64,000 bases of DNA from Chrysomallon squamiferum (lineage: Eukaryota > Animalia > Mollusca). Numbering within the stretch: position 1 is the first letter of the stretch; each line of letters begins with the position of its first letter. The translations under genes were made by a program, and so were the position numbers. The stretch is from contig CM022672.1 of the NCBI GenBank assembly GCA_012295275.1, positions 23,498,001 through 23,562,000 of the forward strand, in the 5' to 3' direction. Below are positions 41,760 through 55,082 of the stretch, piece by piece. The notes under the pieces were generated by a model that saw only the letters and a list, made by a program, of their open reading frames with translations, ran no database searches and was not told the origin of the DNA.

Positions 41760-43778
41760 AATAAAAATAATAACTTTAGCTTCCTAATGAAAGCATCATA
41801 GGTTTAAATTAATTGTAATATATGTCAATAGTTTTTAAATAGATACATACAACATACCAATATATGAACATAACTTAAAATATACATAATACATACATAT
41901 TTACCAAAGTAATTTTTTTTTTTTTTTTTTAATTATTAATTAATTTTAAAATGCGGAAAGCGATAAAAGATGGTGATGTTGATCACTTTAACGTCTGGGG
42001 TTGAATACGGAATTTCATCATCTAGAGTTGACATTGATTTCCTGATGGTCCTCCTCGAGGGCCAATTTAAATTTCTTGGAAAATTTATTTTCGAAACTGT
42101 AACGTCACTAAAAATACCGTAAGCTAATTTACTAAACCAAATTAGTAGAATGGTATCCTCCCAGGTGACGGCTTATCTCATTTACGCGACATTGTTGTTG
42201 CTGGTTTTTCCTCCTTAAAAACCCGAGAGCTTCGCTATTAAGCAATATTCGATAAATTAAGAAATGTAACACATCACTTATTGTTTGTAATTGTTTAACA
42301 TGCAGTCAGCGAGGACGAATTTACTTCCTAAATCTGACACTGTGAAATGACGTGAATGTGCAAAAATACAAGAAAGACAATTTATTTTTTGAGTTGTCAC
42401 AAGGAAGTGTTGTGGGCGTCCTTTGCTTGAAAAAAATGAGGTGTGTGCAAATAAAACAATTAATTTTGCATGGGAACGCCGAGAGAGGGATAATTAGGAT
42501 GGGATTATAAAAAAATATATACACCATAAAAATTCTTTATTTAAATAAGACCTTTTTGTGTCCATTAATAGATTTACAATTTGTCGTTTTCAAATGCTTG
42601 TGTTACAGACAATACTTTTTTAACAATACCATTTTAACGTTTATTTTCTATGTATTATGTTTTTATGTGCATGTGTGTATGTATGTCTGTGTGTGTAATT
42701 CTATATATTATTAAACAGTTATTATATACATATATATATATATATGTACCTGTATGTGTGTGTGTGTGTGGGGGGGGTGTTTGTGTATGTGTATGTGTTA
42801 ATGTTTTTCAGTAAATGTTTATCTTATCGCTATTTAATTTTCTGGTTTTAGTTTTGTTTTGTTTTGTTAATGAATTAATAAATCACAATTAGGAATTAAA
42901 AATCCATATCTTGATGTTTTGTATTCAACACGAGTTCCACGTTATATTCAAGCGCTTGTCATATGAAAGTTAGACTGTTGCTAACCTTTAACACTACTCG
43001 TATTTACGTCATCATTTTTCTTTTCTTATATGATCACTGCAGTATAAATCCCTGCAATTATATCGAATAAACCATTATTAAGTGAACCTTCACAGATTCA
43101 TGATTTTTGTTAAACAGTTGTACTGATCGTCAGTTCCATACACGTTTGATTCTGCTCTTTATCACATAGGCATTAACCACTTTAGGTTCTGTTAAAGTCA
43201 AACTTAAAAAAAAATTAATAATAATTGTAAGAAGCCCGTACAAATTTTTATTATGTCAAAATCTTGGTTTTAAACAATTGAGATTTGATTAACTTTAATT
43301 CATCTCTTCTCTATCGTTACGTAACTACGTAAACGTCAGAATGTGATTTTCAGTAAGTAATTGGATAAACCAATTTAGACAAGACTAACTTTCTTTCTTT
43401 CTTTAGTTTTCTTTTTCTTTCTTTTTTTTTTAAATTATTTTATTGTATCAGATTTGTTCCGTGTAGGTAAAAATGATGCGGCAGATTAGGTTTTATCGCT
43501 TTACACTAGGTAACTTTTCGTGTAAATGCTATATAAATCTGAACGAGTTCTAAGCCACTAAGCTTGCTGACGGTAAAGATCTATCAATAATTTAAAACAA
43601 TACGCTAAAAATTCCTCCTAATTAAAGTAACGGTGTAAATGAACATCAGACGTATGTTTTTAGCTGTAGGTGGCGAGATGTTTTCCATTTCTGGAGAATG
43701 TAAATTGTATTTGATCTCCAACTAATCCGAGCATGATGATGATTTAATAATGATGACGACGGTTATGGTGAACAAAAA

Positions 43779-43813
<35 letters not shown>

Positions 43814-43902
43814 AGAAGAAAAAAAAGGGGTATGGGAACACAACCAAGGATGTAATTTCATCAACTTTCTCTTCATAGTCATTATTATTGTTGTTGTTGT
43901 TG

Positions 43903-43952
<50 letters not shown>

Positions 43953-44033
43953 ATGATAATATCGTGTTACTGTTGTTGTCCTCGTTGTTGTTATTCTATT
44001 AATTTTTCTGTCAATATGTTTTTTTTTTTCCAG

Positions 44034-44096
44034 TTAGAAACAGATCGAGTGCGCTTGTGTGAGATGGCCAAGGAATCAGCATATCCTGCGAAATAG
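44034..44096 (+). CDS. Second neuropeptide precursor, last coding exon (LETDRVRLCEMAKESAYPAK*)
   Basis: Strong poly-T acceptor ttttttttcCAG ending at 44033, phase 0. E at codon 2 and C at codon 9, exactly as in the AKH gene exon. AATAAA at 44251. Confidence 0.8.
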   Translation, partial: LETDRVRLCEMAKESAYPAK

Positions 44097-44307
44097 CTAA
44101 AACAGGATGCTAATGAACTTCCATATCATGGCAGTGGATTCCATTTCGCACCTAGGAACCTAATTGGTCCAGAAAACATTGTTTTTAATTATTAACATAT
44201 TCATTCTTTTTCTGCAGAATTTTAATGTGATATAACCATCGATAATATTAAATAAATAGAGGGGTTTATTATTATTATTGTTATTATTGTTGTTATTATT
44301 ATTATTA

Positions 44308-44382
<75 letters not shown>

Positions 44383-44997
44383 ATGTTTAAGAAACTATTT
44401 AACCCCCAGTGATTAATAATTATTTATGTCTGATTTAACAGATTCTAAAAAAAAGAAAATTTTGAATTTATAATTATAGTATTAATAAAATGTCGTTAAA
44501 TTTCTGGACACATCTTGTATGGTACACTTTCAATAGTTTCACTTGGAGCTGACTGAATACATATATATATATATATATGTCTAACGAACCTCTATATCTC
44601 AAAATATTCAAATTTCAACTTCGTGTCAGATAATTTTATAATGAATTATCAAACAGTAACAATTATATCACTCAAACTGCACCTTCCTGTTAAATCATTT
44701 TAAACTGTATCGTAATATGCACATGTACTCATAAATATATGAAGATAGTACATTTTTCCTTTGCAGTCAGAAATGTCCCGACTGTACAGGTTTATGTGCT
44801 CAGTAGTGTAAACATCACAATATCCATTAATAATTAAACAAGAACTTATTAACTGTTTAATAATGTAAACACGTACGAAGTTTTGTTACGATGGATTATG
44901 GATAAACTTCTTATGAAAAAGAATGAATAAAAAAAATAAATGAAAAATAAATACGCATGCCATTTGTTATTTGTTCATTATTTCATACAGGATTAAC

Positions 44998-45595
44998 GGT
45001 TTATGCCCGATTCTGGCATTCCCGAATCTGGCAGTGAGATTATAACACATCTTAACTGGACACGCCAGTTGTTCCATTTCTGGCAGTTTATTTCTCACCC
45101 TTAATAATTGATGTTCCGTCACCTTAATTGATGGCCCATCACCTTAACTGATGTACTTTTGCTAAATAGTATTTTGTCCACAATTTGAAAGCACATTCAG
45201 TCACACTTTACACACGAAATGTCCCAGAAAGCACTCTGTTGCAAGCTGACAAGTAGGAAGCCGTGTCCCGGGTACACGTGACGTACTCCAATCCCGGAAG
45301 AGCTTTTGCTTGTCTTCTGGTAGTATTTCCTTCTCCAAATTTTACTGAGATATAGCATTAATTTCACGTCTCCAAACATTATTTTTCTTGCAGTCTCTAT
45401 TCCAGCTCACCTCTGCTCTTCACTGCTCATTAAGGTTAATCTCATTAATCGCCCCCTCTGTTCTTCACACATCTCGTTATCCCTATGCGTCTAAATTGGC
45501 CTTAATTGCTCACGCCAGTTTTCCCATTTCTGGAAGCAGATTAGAACACCTCACCGCTTACCTAATCTGGAGACTGCCAGTTTTGGGAACATACC
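44998..45595. mobile_element. Probable Mutator-like (MULE) non-autonomous element
   Basis: 9-bp flanking duplication AGGATTAAC (44989-44997) and AGGAATAAC (45596-45604). Imperfect TIRs starting GGT (15/21 match); internal repeat CACGCCAGTT..CCATTTCTGG at 45061 and 45511. Confidence 0.6.
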
Positions 45596-48500
45596 AGGAA
45601 TAACGATAGTAATAATATCAAAACCAGTAGCATTGTAGTATTTGTTATTATAGTAATATTATAGTAGCAATGTTAAATATTGTTTCTATGAGCAGCGCTA
45701 GATCAAATGGCAGGAAACCAGACTTTTATCAGTTTTAGAAAGGTATTTAAAGTCTTCGATCCACTAAAGCAGACTCCCTTTTCTGAAATATTCCATGGAT
45801 AAGGACCTTCGACAGTCAGCTATATTATTTTGATTATCTTTTCATTTAAATGGGCACGTTACATGATTAATGACACAAACAGGGAGCCACTAAGTCTGAT
45901 ATACCTTAAAACGGGTGAGGCGGAAGAGATCAAGGCACCTTCATTAATTTGTCTTTTTCTCTTTTTTTTTAAAATGACCATTGCTAATCATTGGTAGTGG
46001 TAATAACAGTAGCAGCAGCAGTTGTATCATTAGTTGTATTAATGGTACTGATGGTTGTAATCACGTTAAGATGTGGCAGTTTTGTCACCACTTGAAAGGG
46101 TACGGCTGCCACTGTCCCACTTTTAGATAACAATAATAGAATTTTCTTCAGATATATGATCTGTCTTTGATTACAAAGAGTGAAAACCATTAGGATATCC
46201 GGGCTGCTAAACTTCTATAAATTATTAGGTTACTGAATAACTTACTTTATCATATATAGACCAGTTTGCTTCAGTGAAAGTAATAGTGTATTTGTAATTT
46301 CCGTCTAAGCCTATAATTTATTAATTAAATGATTAACGAGTTTTTAACCTATATTTTTTTTACTGATATCATAGCTTATTTATCAGAAAAAAATTAAAAA
46401 GTAAAAAAGTAAAAATTAAAATAATAATAAAATAATAATTGTTCATATATATATTACACATATTAACACGAACAGACATGTACTTGCGCTATTCTCTTAC
46501 AAATTATCCCTATACTTATCCCATCTTCTACAACAGAGTAGCCCAAGGCAGATATATCTGAGTGGATTATTTTAATAAAACTGAACCTCATTTGTAATTA
46601 TAAAATAAATAAAACGGAAAATAAATCAACTTTCATAAGACCCTCTTCAAAGAACCATTTGTTTTACTGGAGTAAAAACAATAATTTAAAATACACCAAC
46701 GCACGTACGTGCGTGTTCTCATACATACGCAGAAAACAAAAAATAAAACAAGTAACAAATTGTACTATCACATTTATTGCTTTTTTTATCTTTTTTTTAA
46801 AACTTTCAAAAGAAATAAAATAATAATCATAATAATAATAATAATAATAATAAATCAGCTCCCAACGATAAACAATTGGGTGGAAAAAAATATAAAATAA
46901 TATAATTTGCATATCTAAAAGTCTGAAGAAGACTTAAATTTGGATATTTTGATTCTAGAAAATTGCACTAGTACCACTGGCATGCGGAATACTTTGCATC
47001 ATAATAGTTACAAGCAACAATAATTGAAAAAAGATGAACATCTATATACATATGGACATAATCACTTCATACAGTTAAAATTTATAAAACAACTTAACAA
47101 GATCATCAATTAAAAACAATCTTTGGCAGAGAAAAAAGAAATAACAGTTTATGGCACTGAATAACGTGAAATCACTACAGCTACAAAATTATGACTAGCT
47201 AAATGAACAGTTGCATTCAGTCTGGAGGGCATTTCATACCCATCTTGTTAATGCACGATTAACAGGTTTAAAGAATCAGTACATTGTTACATGTTTAAAG
47301 ACAACTAATGTGTCTTGGACGTAAATGCTTGAATCGGAATTCTAATATTGGCAGTTAAAAACAGTTTTATATATATATATATATGAATTTTTTTGTCTTT
47401 GACATAACAGGTAAACTAATTAATTTACACGTAACAGTTTTATCAGAGAAAACATTAAACTCAACACAGACTGCTGAGTTAAAAACAATTTAGTTATATA
47501 TTTTGAAAGTTTGGTCTGGATGTTGAAATTCAACAAAGCAAAAAATCAGGTTACTGTCAATGGTGAAGTCACTTTAGTTTACACATGAAAGTTTTAACTC
47601 AAATCAGTAAATACTGTTGTACTAATAATGCTAATCCAAACCAGTTAAATCAGCCAGTGTCTTTTAAAGAGCAATTGCAACTGTGTGGCACTGTGCCCAT
47701 GTTATGTATAAAAAAACCTAGCATCACCAGTTATAATTTGAAGTTTGCAAATAGCAACTTAAGAAGAGTATTTTCAACTCTCCTGGATTTTTTTGAAAGA
47801 CAGCAACTGATGTAACTGTGGATGGAGAAAAAAGAAAAACATTGTTCCTCATTATAAAAAGAATGAAGATCAAAAACAGAATAAAAAAATAAATTAAGAA
47901 ACAAAAGCAATTATAATAATAAGAGGAATAAATAAATAAATAGATAAATAAATAAATAAATTTAAAATACAGTTTTCACGAAGATGTACATAATTATGGT
48001 TCTCAGTGGAATTACTGCTACAAAAACATGAGCCCAGCAATCTGAATGCTCATCAGGGTAAATAATTATGCCACATTACACTACCATTGGGACATGTAAT
48101 GGGTGGCTAAAATATCCAATAACCTGGTCAGTATAAATTATAAGCAGATGAAATGAAATAAATTAAGTACCTTTGTTAAGAGCAGGCAAATTTACATGGA
48201 GATTTTGGGATGAAAAGTGTAACTACTGAATGTAAGAAGAAAAAATAGTTATAAAAATAAAATGAAAATAATAAGTTAATATGGATTTCAAATCATTAAT
48301 ATTTTGTCTGTTTGGAATAAACAAATTAAATATTACAAACAGGAAAATATAACATTTATAAATATTTACTAATGTTTTAAACTGTGACTGAACCGGTGAT
48401 AAAAGATAGGCAATTTAAAAAAAAAATTTTTTAATATAAATCTGAAATACCAACAGAGAATTTAACTGAAAATATTTTGCTATGAACCATTACCATTAGA

Positions 48501-51080
48501 AGAGAAACTGTATATCTGAAATGATGGTCTAATAATAAGATGATGGTAAGCCTAAGAATAAGAGGTCAATTTAAAATGGCAACTTCAAAATGCAACACCA
48601 TCTTTTTAAAAGAACCGTTTCTGCCACTAAGATTAATAAAAACAATCATACATATTCCTGAACACTTTGAAAAATCTTTTCTATGTGTATTTATTTACTT
48701 ATCTATAATTTGTAATTTTACTTGCAGAAGTTTTAGAATATGCACAACATGATTGACTGCAAATAAATATTTAAAAAAAATAAAAATAAAAATAAAATTA
48801 AGAATAAACTTTTTAAATTAAAATTACTATTATGTAAAGAACATTCAGAAAAAAAGTAAGAGTTATTTCTTCAAGAGGTAGAACAAAATCATCAAGATAA
48901 TACAAAATACTATAAAAATGTTATAAACCAGAAATATTTACATAAAATACTGCACATTATACCATTTAACCTGTTTTCTTATGGAGATTTTGGTAGCTTT
49001 AGAAACCACGTAAAACTAAAAAGCAGAATAAAATAATTAATTTGCATATTCTATAATTATATGTAAATGAAATATTTCAAGTCATTTTGGCTTTTATATA
49101 TATATATATATATTTTTTTTTTTTAAATATGTACTATTTACTGTTGTAGAAATGGGACTAATATGTAGATATACATTTATATAGAAGTTACCAATATATT
49201 AACTTATTTTATTCACACAAGAAACCTTTTTGGTTTCTATTATTTCACATCAGTAATAAAAGATAAAAATATAAAGAAGCTACTCCTAATAATAATTATT
49301 CTTAAACAACAAACAAAAACTTTAATTTGAATATGAAAACAAAAAATGTTGGAAGAATATGTCTTTTGACATAATAATGCTTATTGTGGAAGACACAAAT
49401 TTCATAAAATTTAATATACCAGTTATTAAATTAAATATATACAAACATTATATTAATATATTTTAAGGAAATGATTTTAAGATAAAAAAAAAAAAAAAAA
49501 GTTATATAAAAGCTACCTGTGAGATAAAAAAAAAATACATGCTTCTAAATAAGCTAAAGCAAAGATGTAATAACATGAACTATATAAACATATTTAGTGA
49601 AATATGTATAATAAACTGACTCTTGATGCTTACATAATTCTATAAAAAAAATATTAATTACATATCATTTGTCAAAAGTTTAATTAATTCAGCAAAAAAT
49701 ATTACAATTTTCGGAGTAAAAAAGAAATCAAAGAAATGTTTTAAAATTATCGCCAATGGCTGGTCCACTATAACCTACTTCAAAAATTAAATTCATTCTT
49801 TAAAATAGTATTGTTGTTTTGGGTTGCTTTTAAAAAAAAAAAAAAAAAAATGTATTAAGTAAAATGATTGAAGATTCCAAACCAAACATTTGCTGTAACA
49901 GTCTTTTAAAGTGCATGCAATTATGTAAATGAACAGAACCTATGAATTGGAAGAAATAGAAAATTAAATTCACAACTAAACATTTGCTCATCTCACTTTT
50001 TCAAAACACCGCAATAACTTCACAAAAAATAGGAATGTTTAAAATATAATACTGAACAGTGACTGAAAATAATTTTAAAAAAATAAATAAATAAGAGAAA
50101 AAATTAAATTACTAATGCAAAATTTAAGGGAGATAACTTTTATAAACAAAAAAAACCCTCAAATATAAACAGTAAATTTTTGTTACTATAAATTAATAGT
50201 TATCATGATTACCATTTAAATTATTTTTAATATTAAAACTTGTCACTATTACAAAAAAAAAAAAAAATCTAAACAAGAAGGAAGTATAACATAACCTTTG
50301 CTTTGTTCACTGTTACAAGTTGCAGCAATTTCACTCTGGTCTCATTATTTTATAATTGAAGTTGCTGTATTTAAAAATATGACACGACACAATTATATGC
50401 CACAATCAGCTAGCAGTTTTAAAACTGAAATATTTTCCTTTTTTGGTATTGTATGTAATACTTTAAATATTAAATTTTATTTTTCATGTATAATAAAAAT
50501 AAAGGTCAAGAAAAGTAACTCTTGTTTACCTTTAGTGAAGTCTGTTAAACAGTGGTGTTAAACATTTACATAAACCAAAATCACTTAATTTTGATGATGA
50601 TAATAATAATAATAATAATAATATTAAAAGAAAAATCCAAAGAAAAAAAATATTTAATTAAAACTGGCTCAAGTTCAGGAACCAAAATAATTATTTAGCC
50701 ATTAAAATTAACAGTGATATATATATATATAAAAGTTTTGTTATTGTTTTATGATTTACTAATGAGTGTTCATAAAATTAATTAAATATCTTATGAAGTG
50801 TGACAATAAATGCTCTTATATTTAAAGAACTTATAGGCACACGTCCCTATGAACACAAGAACCAATAACATTATGATTTAACAAACTAACAATGGAAGAC
50901 ATGTTTTGTTATTGCAAAAATGTTACAGTTCACATATCACAATTTAAAAACAATTTGTAAATAAAATAACATTTTACCACATTAAAATTGGTCATGTTAA
51001 AAACAGAGATTTTAAAATAAAGAGTCTACAGTCTAAGCATTATTTTAAGCAATTTAGACTACTAATTAAACTAAGTTTTA

Positions 51081-54000
51081 CTACAAAACTCCAGCATCTA
51101 CTGAATGATTAAATGCACTTTCTGCTTTTGCACTTAGGTCTAAAATCTGTCCATGCTGAGCTCCTCCAGTGTTCAGTGTGTTGGTGTTTTCTTTCTGATG
51201 AAAGGATCCAAGATGACCGTCTTCTCTGAATTCCCGTTTCCATCTGTAAAAGGTCCTCAAAGAGATTGTTGGATACACTTTGAAGAATTCCTGGAAGTCC
51301 ATGGAAGGATTCTGTTGCAAATACATATATTCTTCTCGATTCTGTTTCCTTAAACGTGGTGAGAAGAAATAATCATCATGCAGTCCATTTTTTCCAGATG
51401 GTGCACTTTTCAAGCTTGAGGTGGGTGATTCAGTTCTTGTTGCAGTGCCTCTACCTACTGAAGTCTTCTCAAGGCTAAAAGATGGGGAAGACATCCTGGA
51501 ACTGCTACCCACTGTACTGATTAACTCATTTGTAGGACTAGATGAAAGTGAGTCAGATTTACTAACTTGTCTCTCAAAAGACCATACTGCTGAAGATGAT
51601 GATCGACTAACACTATGACTGTTAACATCTGATTCAGATGTCTGTGGATGTTCCAGACTAGAAGCACTATTATTTACTGATGTATCTGCAAGATAACATG
51701 AAGTAGGAGTCATTCCAGGGAAAGCCACACCTCCTAAACCAGATGGTTCACCATCTACAGACTGTTGTTCTGAATCAAGATTAGACATATTTGGAGATGC
51801 CTTGTCAGTGGGAGGGATCAATCCAGGAAAGGCAACACCACCAAGCTTCAGTGATGTGATTGCTAATGAGCCAGCTCTTGCTTGCCTGGAGTTGGGAGTC
51901 TCGCTGTTTGAATGATCTAGTGGAGGTAAACCTGCCGACTTACAGATGTTCTCAACAGCAGCACTGAGAAAGCCAATGAAACTTCCTGAAGAATCTGATG
52001 TCTGTTGACTTATACCTTTGCATTTCTCTTGATCACTGTTACTATCTTGGACTGAACTGACCAGTGAAGTAGAGACTTTTGCATCTGAATCACTGGAAGA
52101 AAATGAATTCAAAATGTGTTCACTAGAGATGCTATCAGAATTGTTATTAGATGCAGAATTGTTATTAGATGCAGAACAATTTTCTGTAGGACTGTTGGAG
52201 TTTCTTGTATAAGAAGCTGACTTTTCTTTCTGATGATAAGCCTTATTCTTCACCTTGTTTCTCACAGCTATCAACATCTTCCACTTCTGAAACACATCTT
52301 CTGGCACTACAGGAAACATCTGACAAAATGCTCGGTAACTGACATCTGGATATTCCTCAAGGTATTCCAAGCCATCTCTGGTCTCCCTCCTCCATCTATA
52401 AAATGTCCTTAATGAAATTTGTGGAAAGTTATTTGAGAATTCCTGATAATCCATGAAAGGGTTCATAAGAAAGAACAAAAATTCTGCTTGATTTACTTTC
52501 CTGCTTTTGGGACTAATCCATTCATCTGAATTGGGCAATAATTTAGATTCCACTAAATCAGTTGGTTCTTCCAATCCTGATGAAACAGCTTTATCTAAAT
52601 AATAAGACAAGTTGTCTTTCCATCTAATGAAAACTTCTTCTGGAACATCGCTGCAACAACTGGTAAATTTATTGTAGTCCATTTCTGGATTGCTGTGAAG
52701 AAGCAATAATAATTCCTTAACTTTCTTTTTCCATTTGTAATATATCTTCTGTGAAAGAGATGGAAACTTCTGTGAAAATACCTCTTTATCAATGTCTGGG
52801 TTTTCCATTACATGACAAAATGCTTCTTGTGTATCATCCTGAGATCTGCTGTCAACCATGGCCTGCAGGCTTCCCATTGGATCCTGATCAGTAGAAAGTT
52901 CTTGGTCACCTGATCCTGATTGTATTATTGATTTCCAATTGGCAAAGATATCTTCAGATATTTCTGGGAAGTAGCTTACTATCTCATTGTATGTGGCATT
53001 GGGTTTCAACTGAATATAGTCCATGATTTCTTTTATTTCTCTTCTCCATCTGTAGAATGTTGTTCCTGAAACTTCAGGAAATCTGAAAAAGAAATCCCGG
53101 AAGTCTACAGTAGGGTTGTTTTGCAGAAAAATATATTCAGGACGACTAGCTTTCTGTGCCAATCTTGTGTGCATTCCACTAGCAAGCATCCTTTCTCTTT
53201 GAGGATATTCATCTGCAACATCATTTGAATTTTCTTGTTTAATGCTCAGATCTGATGGGGTTACATCACATTCTATTATGTCTTCAGCTGGAGAATGGTT
53301 GTGCACTGGACTGCCATCAAAATTTATTTGCAGACTTTCAGACTCACATTCAGGGACTCTTTCAGAAAGAGCAAGGTCTTTCCATGTTTTAAACACATCA
53401 TCAGTGATGTCAGGGAAATGCTGCCTGAATTCTTCATTCGAGATTGATGGGTTTTTGCGAATCAGATTCATTTGGCTTTGGATTTCTTCATACCATGTGT
53501 TAAATGTTTTCATTGTTGTGTGTGGAAAGTGTACTGAAAACTGAGAAAAACTTATATAAGGATTGGCTTCCAGGAAGTGGAATTCTGATCCTTTCTGTAT
53601 AACATCATTTCTCTCTGAAGCACTGGCTGCAGATTCAGATGAACAGTTGCTTGCACTGGACTTCAGAGACTCTTTCGTTGCACTGGCTTTATTCTCACGT
53701 GAAGTGCCATAAATCTTTTCCTTCCATTTATTAAAAATATCGACAGGAATATCAGGAAAATATATGTGAAATTCTGAAAATGTTGTTGACTGGGATTCTT
53801 CTAGAATGCACATTGCATTTTTTATTTCTCTTTTCCATCGGTAAAATGTCCTCAGTGACAGGTTTGGAAATGCTACAGACATGTCATGAAAATCCATTTC
53901 TGGATGTTGCAAGAAATGATAAAATTCTGCTTTGTTTTGTTTGCGTGATCGTGGAGAAGCAAAGTCCATTTCAGTTTGTGAAAATGGACTGTTCTTGGCA

Positions 54001-55082
54001 CTAGTGTTTCCTACTTCTGACGGAGACTGAAGAACTGAATGCTGAGATGATTTTATGTGTCTGGGCGAGTCAGACCTATCAACTGGTGATGAACTAGATC
54101 TGTTCAGCTGCTGCTTCCCAGCATCTTCTTTCCTTGCCAAAGCAGAAAGATTCATTGCAGTGCCCCACATGTGTGTTAACAGTGGATTATTCATCCACAA
54201 ACCTGGTTTCACATCAGACCAAGGAACTGCCCCAAAACCTGCAGTTTGTCCTAAAAAAGGTGACCAGTAAGATGTTCCTGGATACACACCTGCACCAGAT
54301 TGAGGACTACCTAACTGCTGCTTCATATTCATCTTCCAGGCATTGAAGACTTCTTTGGACACTCCAGGAAAGCACTGAGAATAAACTGCATAGTCCATTT
54401 CATAATAAGGATTGCTCATCAAAAATTGCACTTCATGTTGAATTTTTTTTTTCCATACAGAAAATGTCTGCTGAGTTACTGTTGGGAAATGCTTAGAAAA
54501 GTCAAGAAATTCCATCTGGTAATTCTTCTGCAGGAAGTTGTAACTGGTCTGTTTTACAGTATCTTCAGATAGTTCTCCTGATTCAGCACTACCAGAAGAT
54601 ACATGACTAGAGGAATCAGATGTATAATGGACAGTTGAGAAATTGTATCCTTCTTTGATTAGAGACTTCCAGTGGGAAAATATGTTCTGCTTGGCTTGAG
54701 GAAAAACTCTGCTGAATTCTTCGAAAGACATGTCTGCATTTTGCTCAAGGTGCATATATTCCTCTTTTATTCTTCTTTTCCATCTGAAATAGGTTCTCTT
54801 CATCACATTGGGGCAATGTCTTGAGAATTCTGCATAGTCAGCAAATGGCATTGCTTCCAGTAGTTCATATTCTTCCTTCTGGTATACTTCACGTCTGTGT
54901 TGTATGCCATCAACTGTAGAATACTTTCTTTTCTTTCTAGCACCATTTGTCATAACATTCATGTTGTTACCATCTACAACAGACATGTGCCCACTGTCAT
55001 CTAAAGGGGTTGAAACTGTTGCAGCATCAGCTTCCATTTCTAGTTTTCTTTTGGGACTATCAAGCTGATCTTGCATATGTAT
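51081..55082 (-). CDS. Large HTH-repeat protein, exon 4 (4002 nt); 15 vertnin-like HTH repeats, Ser-rich linkers, PxDLS motif; full protein ~1878 aa
   Basis: Covers the 1331-aa ORF; acceptor tttccAG|ATA CAT ATG is in phase 0. Repeated unit E(Y/F)xFLxxNPxMDFxEFxxxFPxISxRTFYRWK, NLS-like RKKRK, and PSDLS. Confidence 0.93.
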   Translation of the reverse strand: MHMQDQLDSPKRKLEMEADAATVSTPLDDSGHMSVVDGNNMNVMTNGARKKRKYSTVDGIQHRREVYQKEEYELLEAMPFADYAEFSRHCPNVMKRTYFRWKRRIKEEYMHLEQNADMSFEEFSRVFPQAKQNIFSHWKSLIKEGYNFSTVHYTSDSSSHVSSGSAESGELSEDTVKQTSYNFLQKNYQMEFLDFSKHFPTVTQQTFSVWKKKIQHEVQFLMSNPYYEMDYAVYSQCFPGVSKEVFNAWKMNMKQQLGSPQSGAGVYPGTSYWSPFLGQTAGFGAVPWSDVKPGLWMNNPLLTHMWGTAMNLSALARKEDAGKQQLNRSSSSPVDRSDSPRHIKSSQHSVLQSPSEVGNTSAKNSPFSQTEMDFASPRSRKQNKAEFYHFLQHPEMDFHDMSVAFPNLSLRTFYRWKREIKNAMCILEESQSTTFSEFHIYFPDIPVDIFNKWKEKIYGTSRENKASATKESLKSSASNCSSESAASASERNDVIQKGSEFHFLEANPYISFSQFSVHFPHTTMKTFNTWYEEIQSQMNLIRKNPSISNEEFRQHFPDITDDVFKTWKDLALSERVPECESESLQINFDGSPVHNHSPAEDIIECDVTPSDLSIKQENSNDVADEYPQRERMLASGMHTRLAQKASRPEYIFLQNNPTVDFRDFFFRFPEVSGTTFYRWRREIKEIMDYIQLKPNATYNEIVSYFPEISEDIFANWKSIIQSGSGDQELSTDQDPMGSLQAMVDSRSQDDTQEAFCHVMENPDIDKEVFSQKFPSLSQKIYYKWKKKVKELLLLLHSNPEMDYNKFTSCCSDVPEEVFIRWKDNLSYYLDKAVSSGLEEPTDLVESKLLPNSDEWISPKSRKVNQAEFLFFLMNPFMDYQEFSNNFPQISLRTFYRWRRETRDGLEYLEEYPDVSYRAFCQMFPVVPEDVFQKWKMLIAVRNKVKNKAYHQKEKSASYTRNSNSPTENCSASNNNSASNNNSDSISSEHILNSFSSSDSDAKVSTSLVSSVQDSNSDQEKCKGISQQTSDSSGSFIGFLSAAVENICKSAGLPPLDHSNSETPNSRQARAGSLAITSLKLGGVAFPGLIPPTDKASPNMSNLDSEQQSVDGEPSGLGGVAFPGMTPTSCYLADTSVNNSASSLEHPQTSESDVNSHSVSRSSSSAVWSFERQVSKSDSLSSSPTNELISTVGSSSRMSSPSFSLEKTSVGRGTATRTESPTSSLKSAPSGKNGLHDDYFFSPRLRKQNREEYMYLQQNPSMDFQEFFKVYPTISLRTFYRWKREFREDGHLGSFHQKENTNTLNTGGAQHGQILDLSAKAESAFNHSVDAGVL

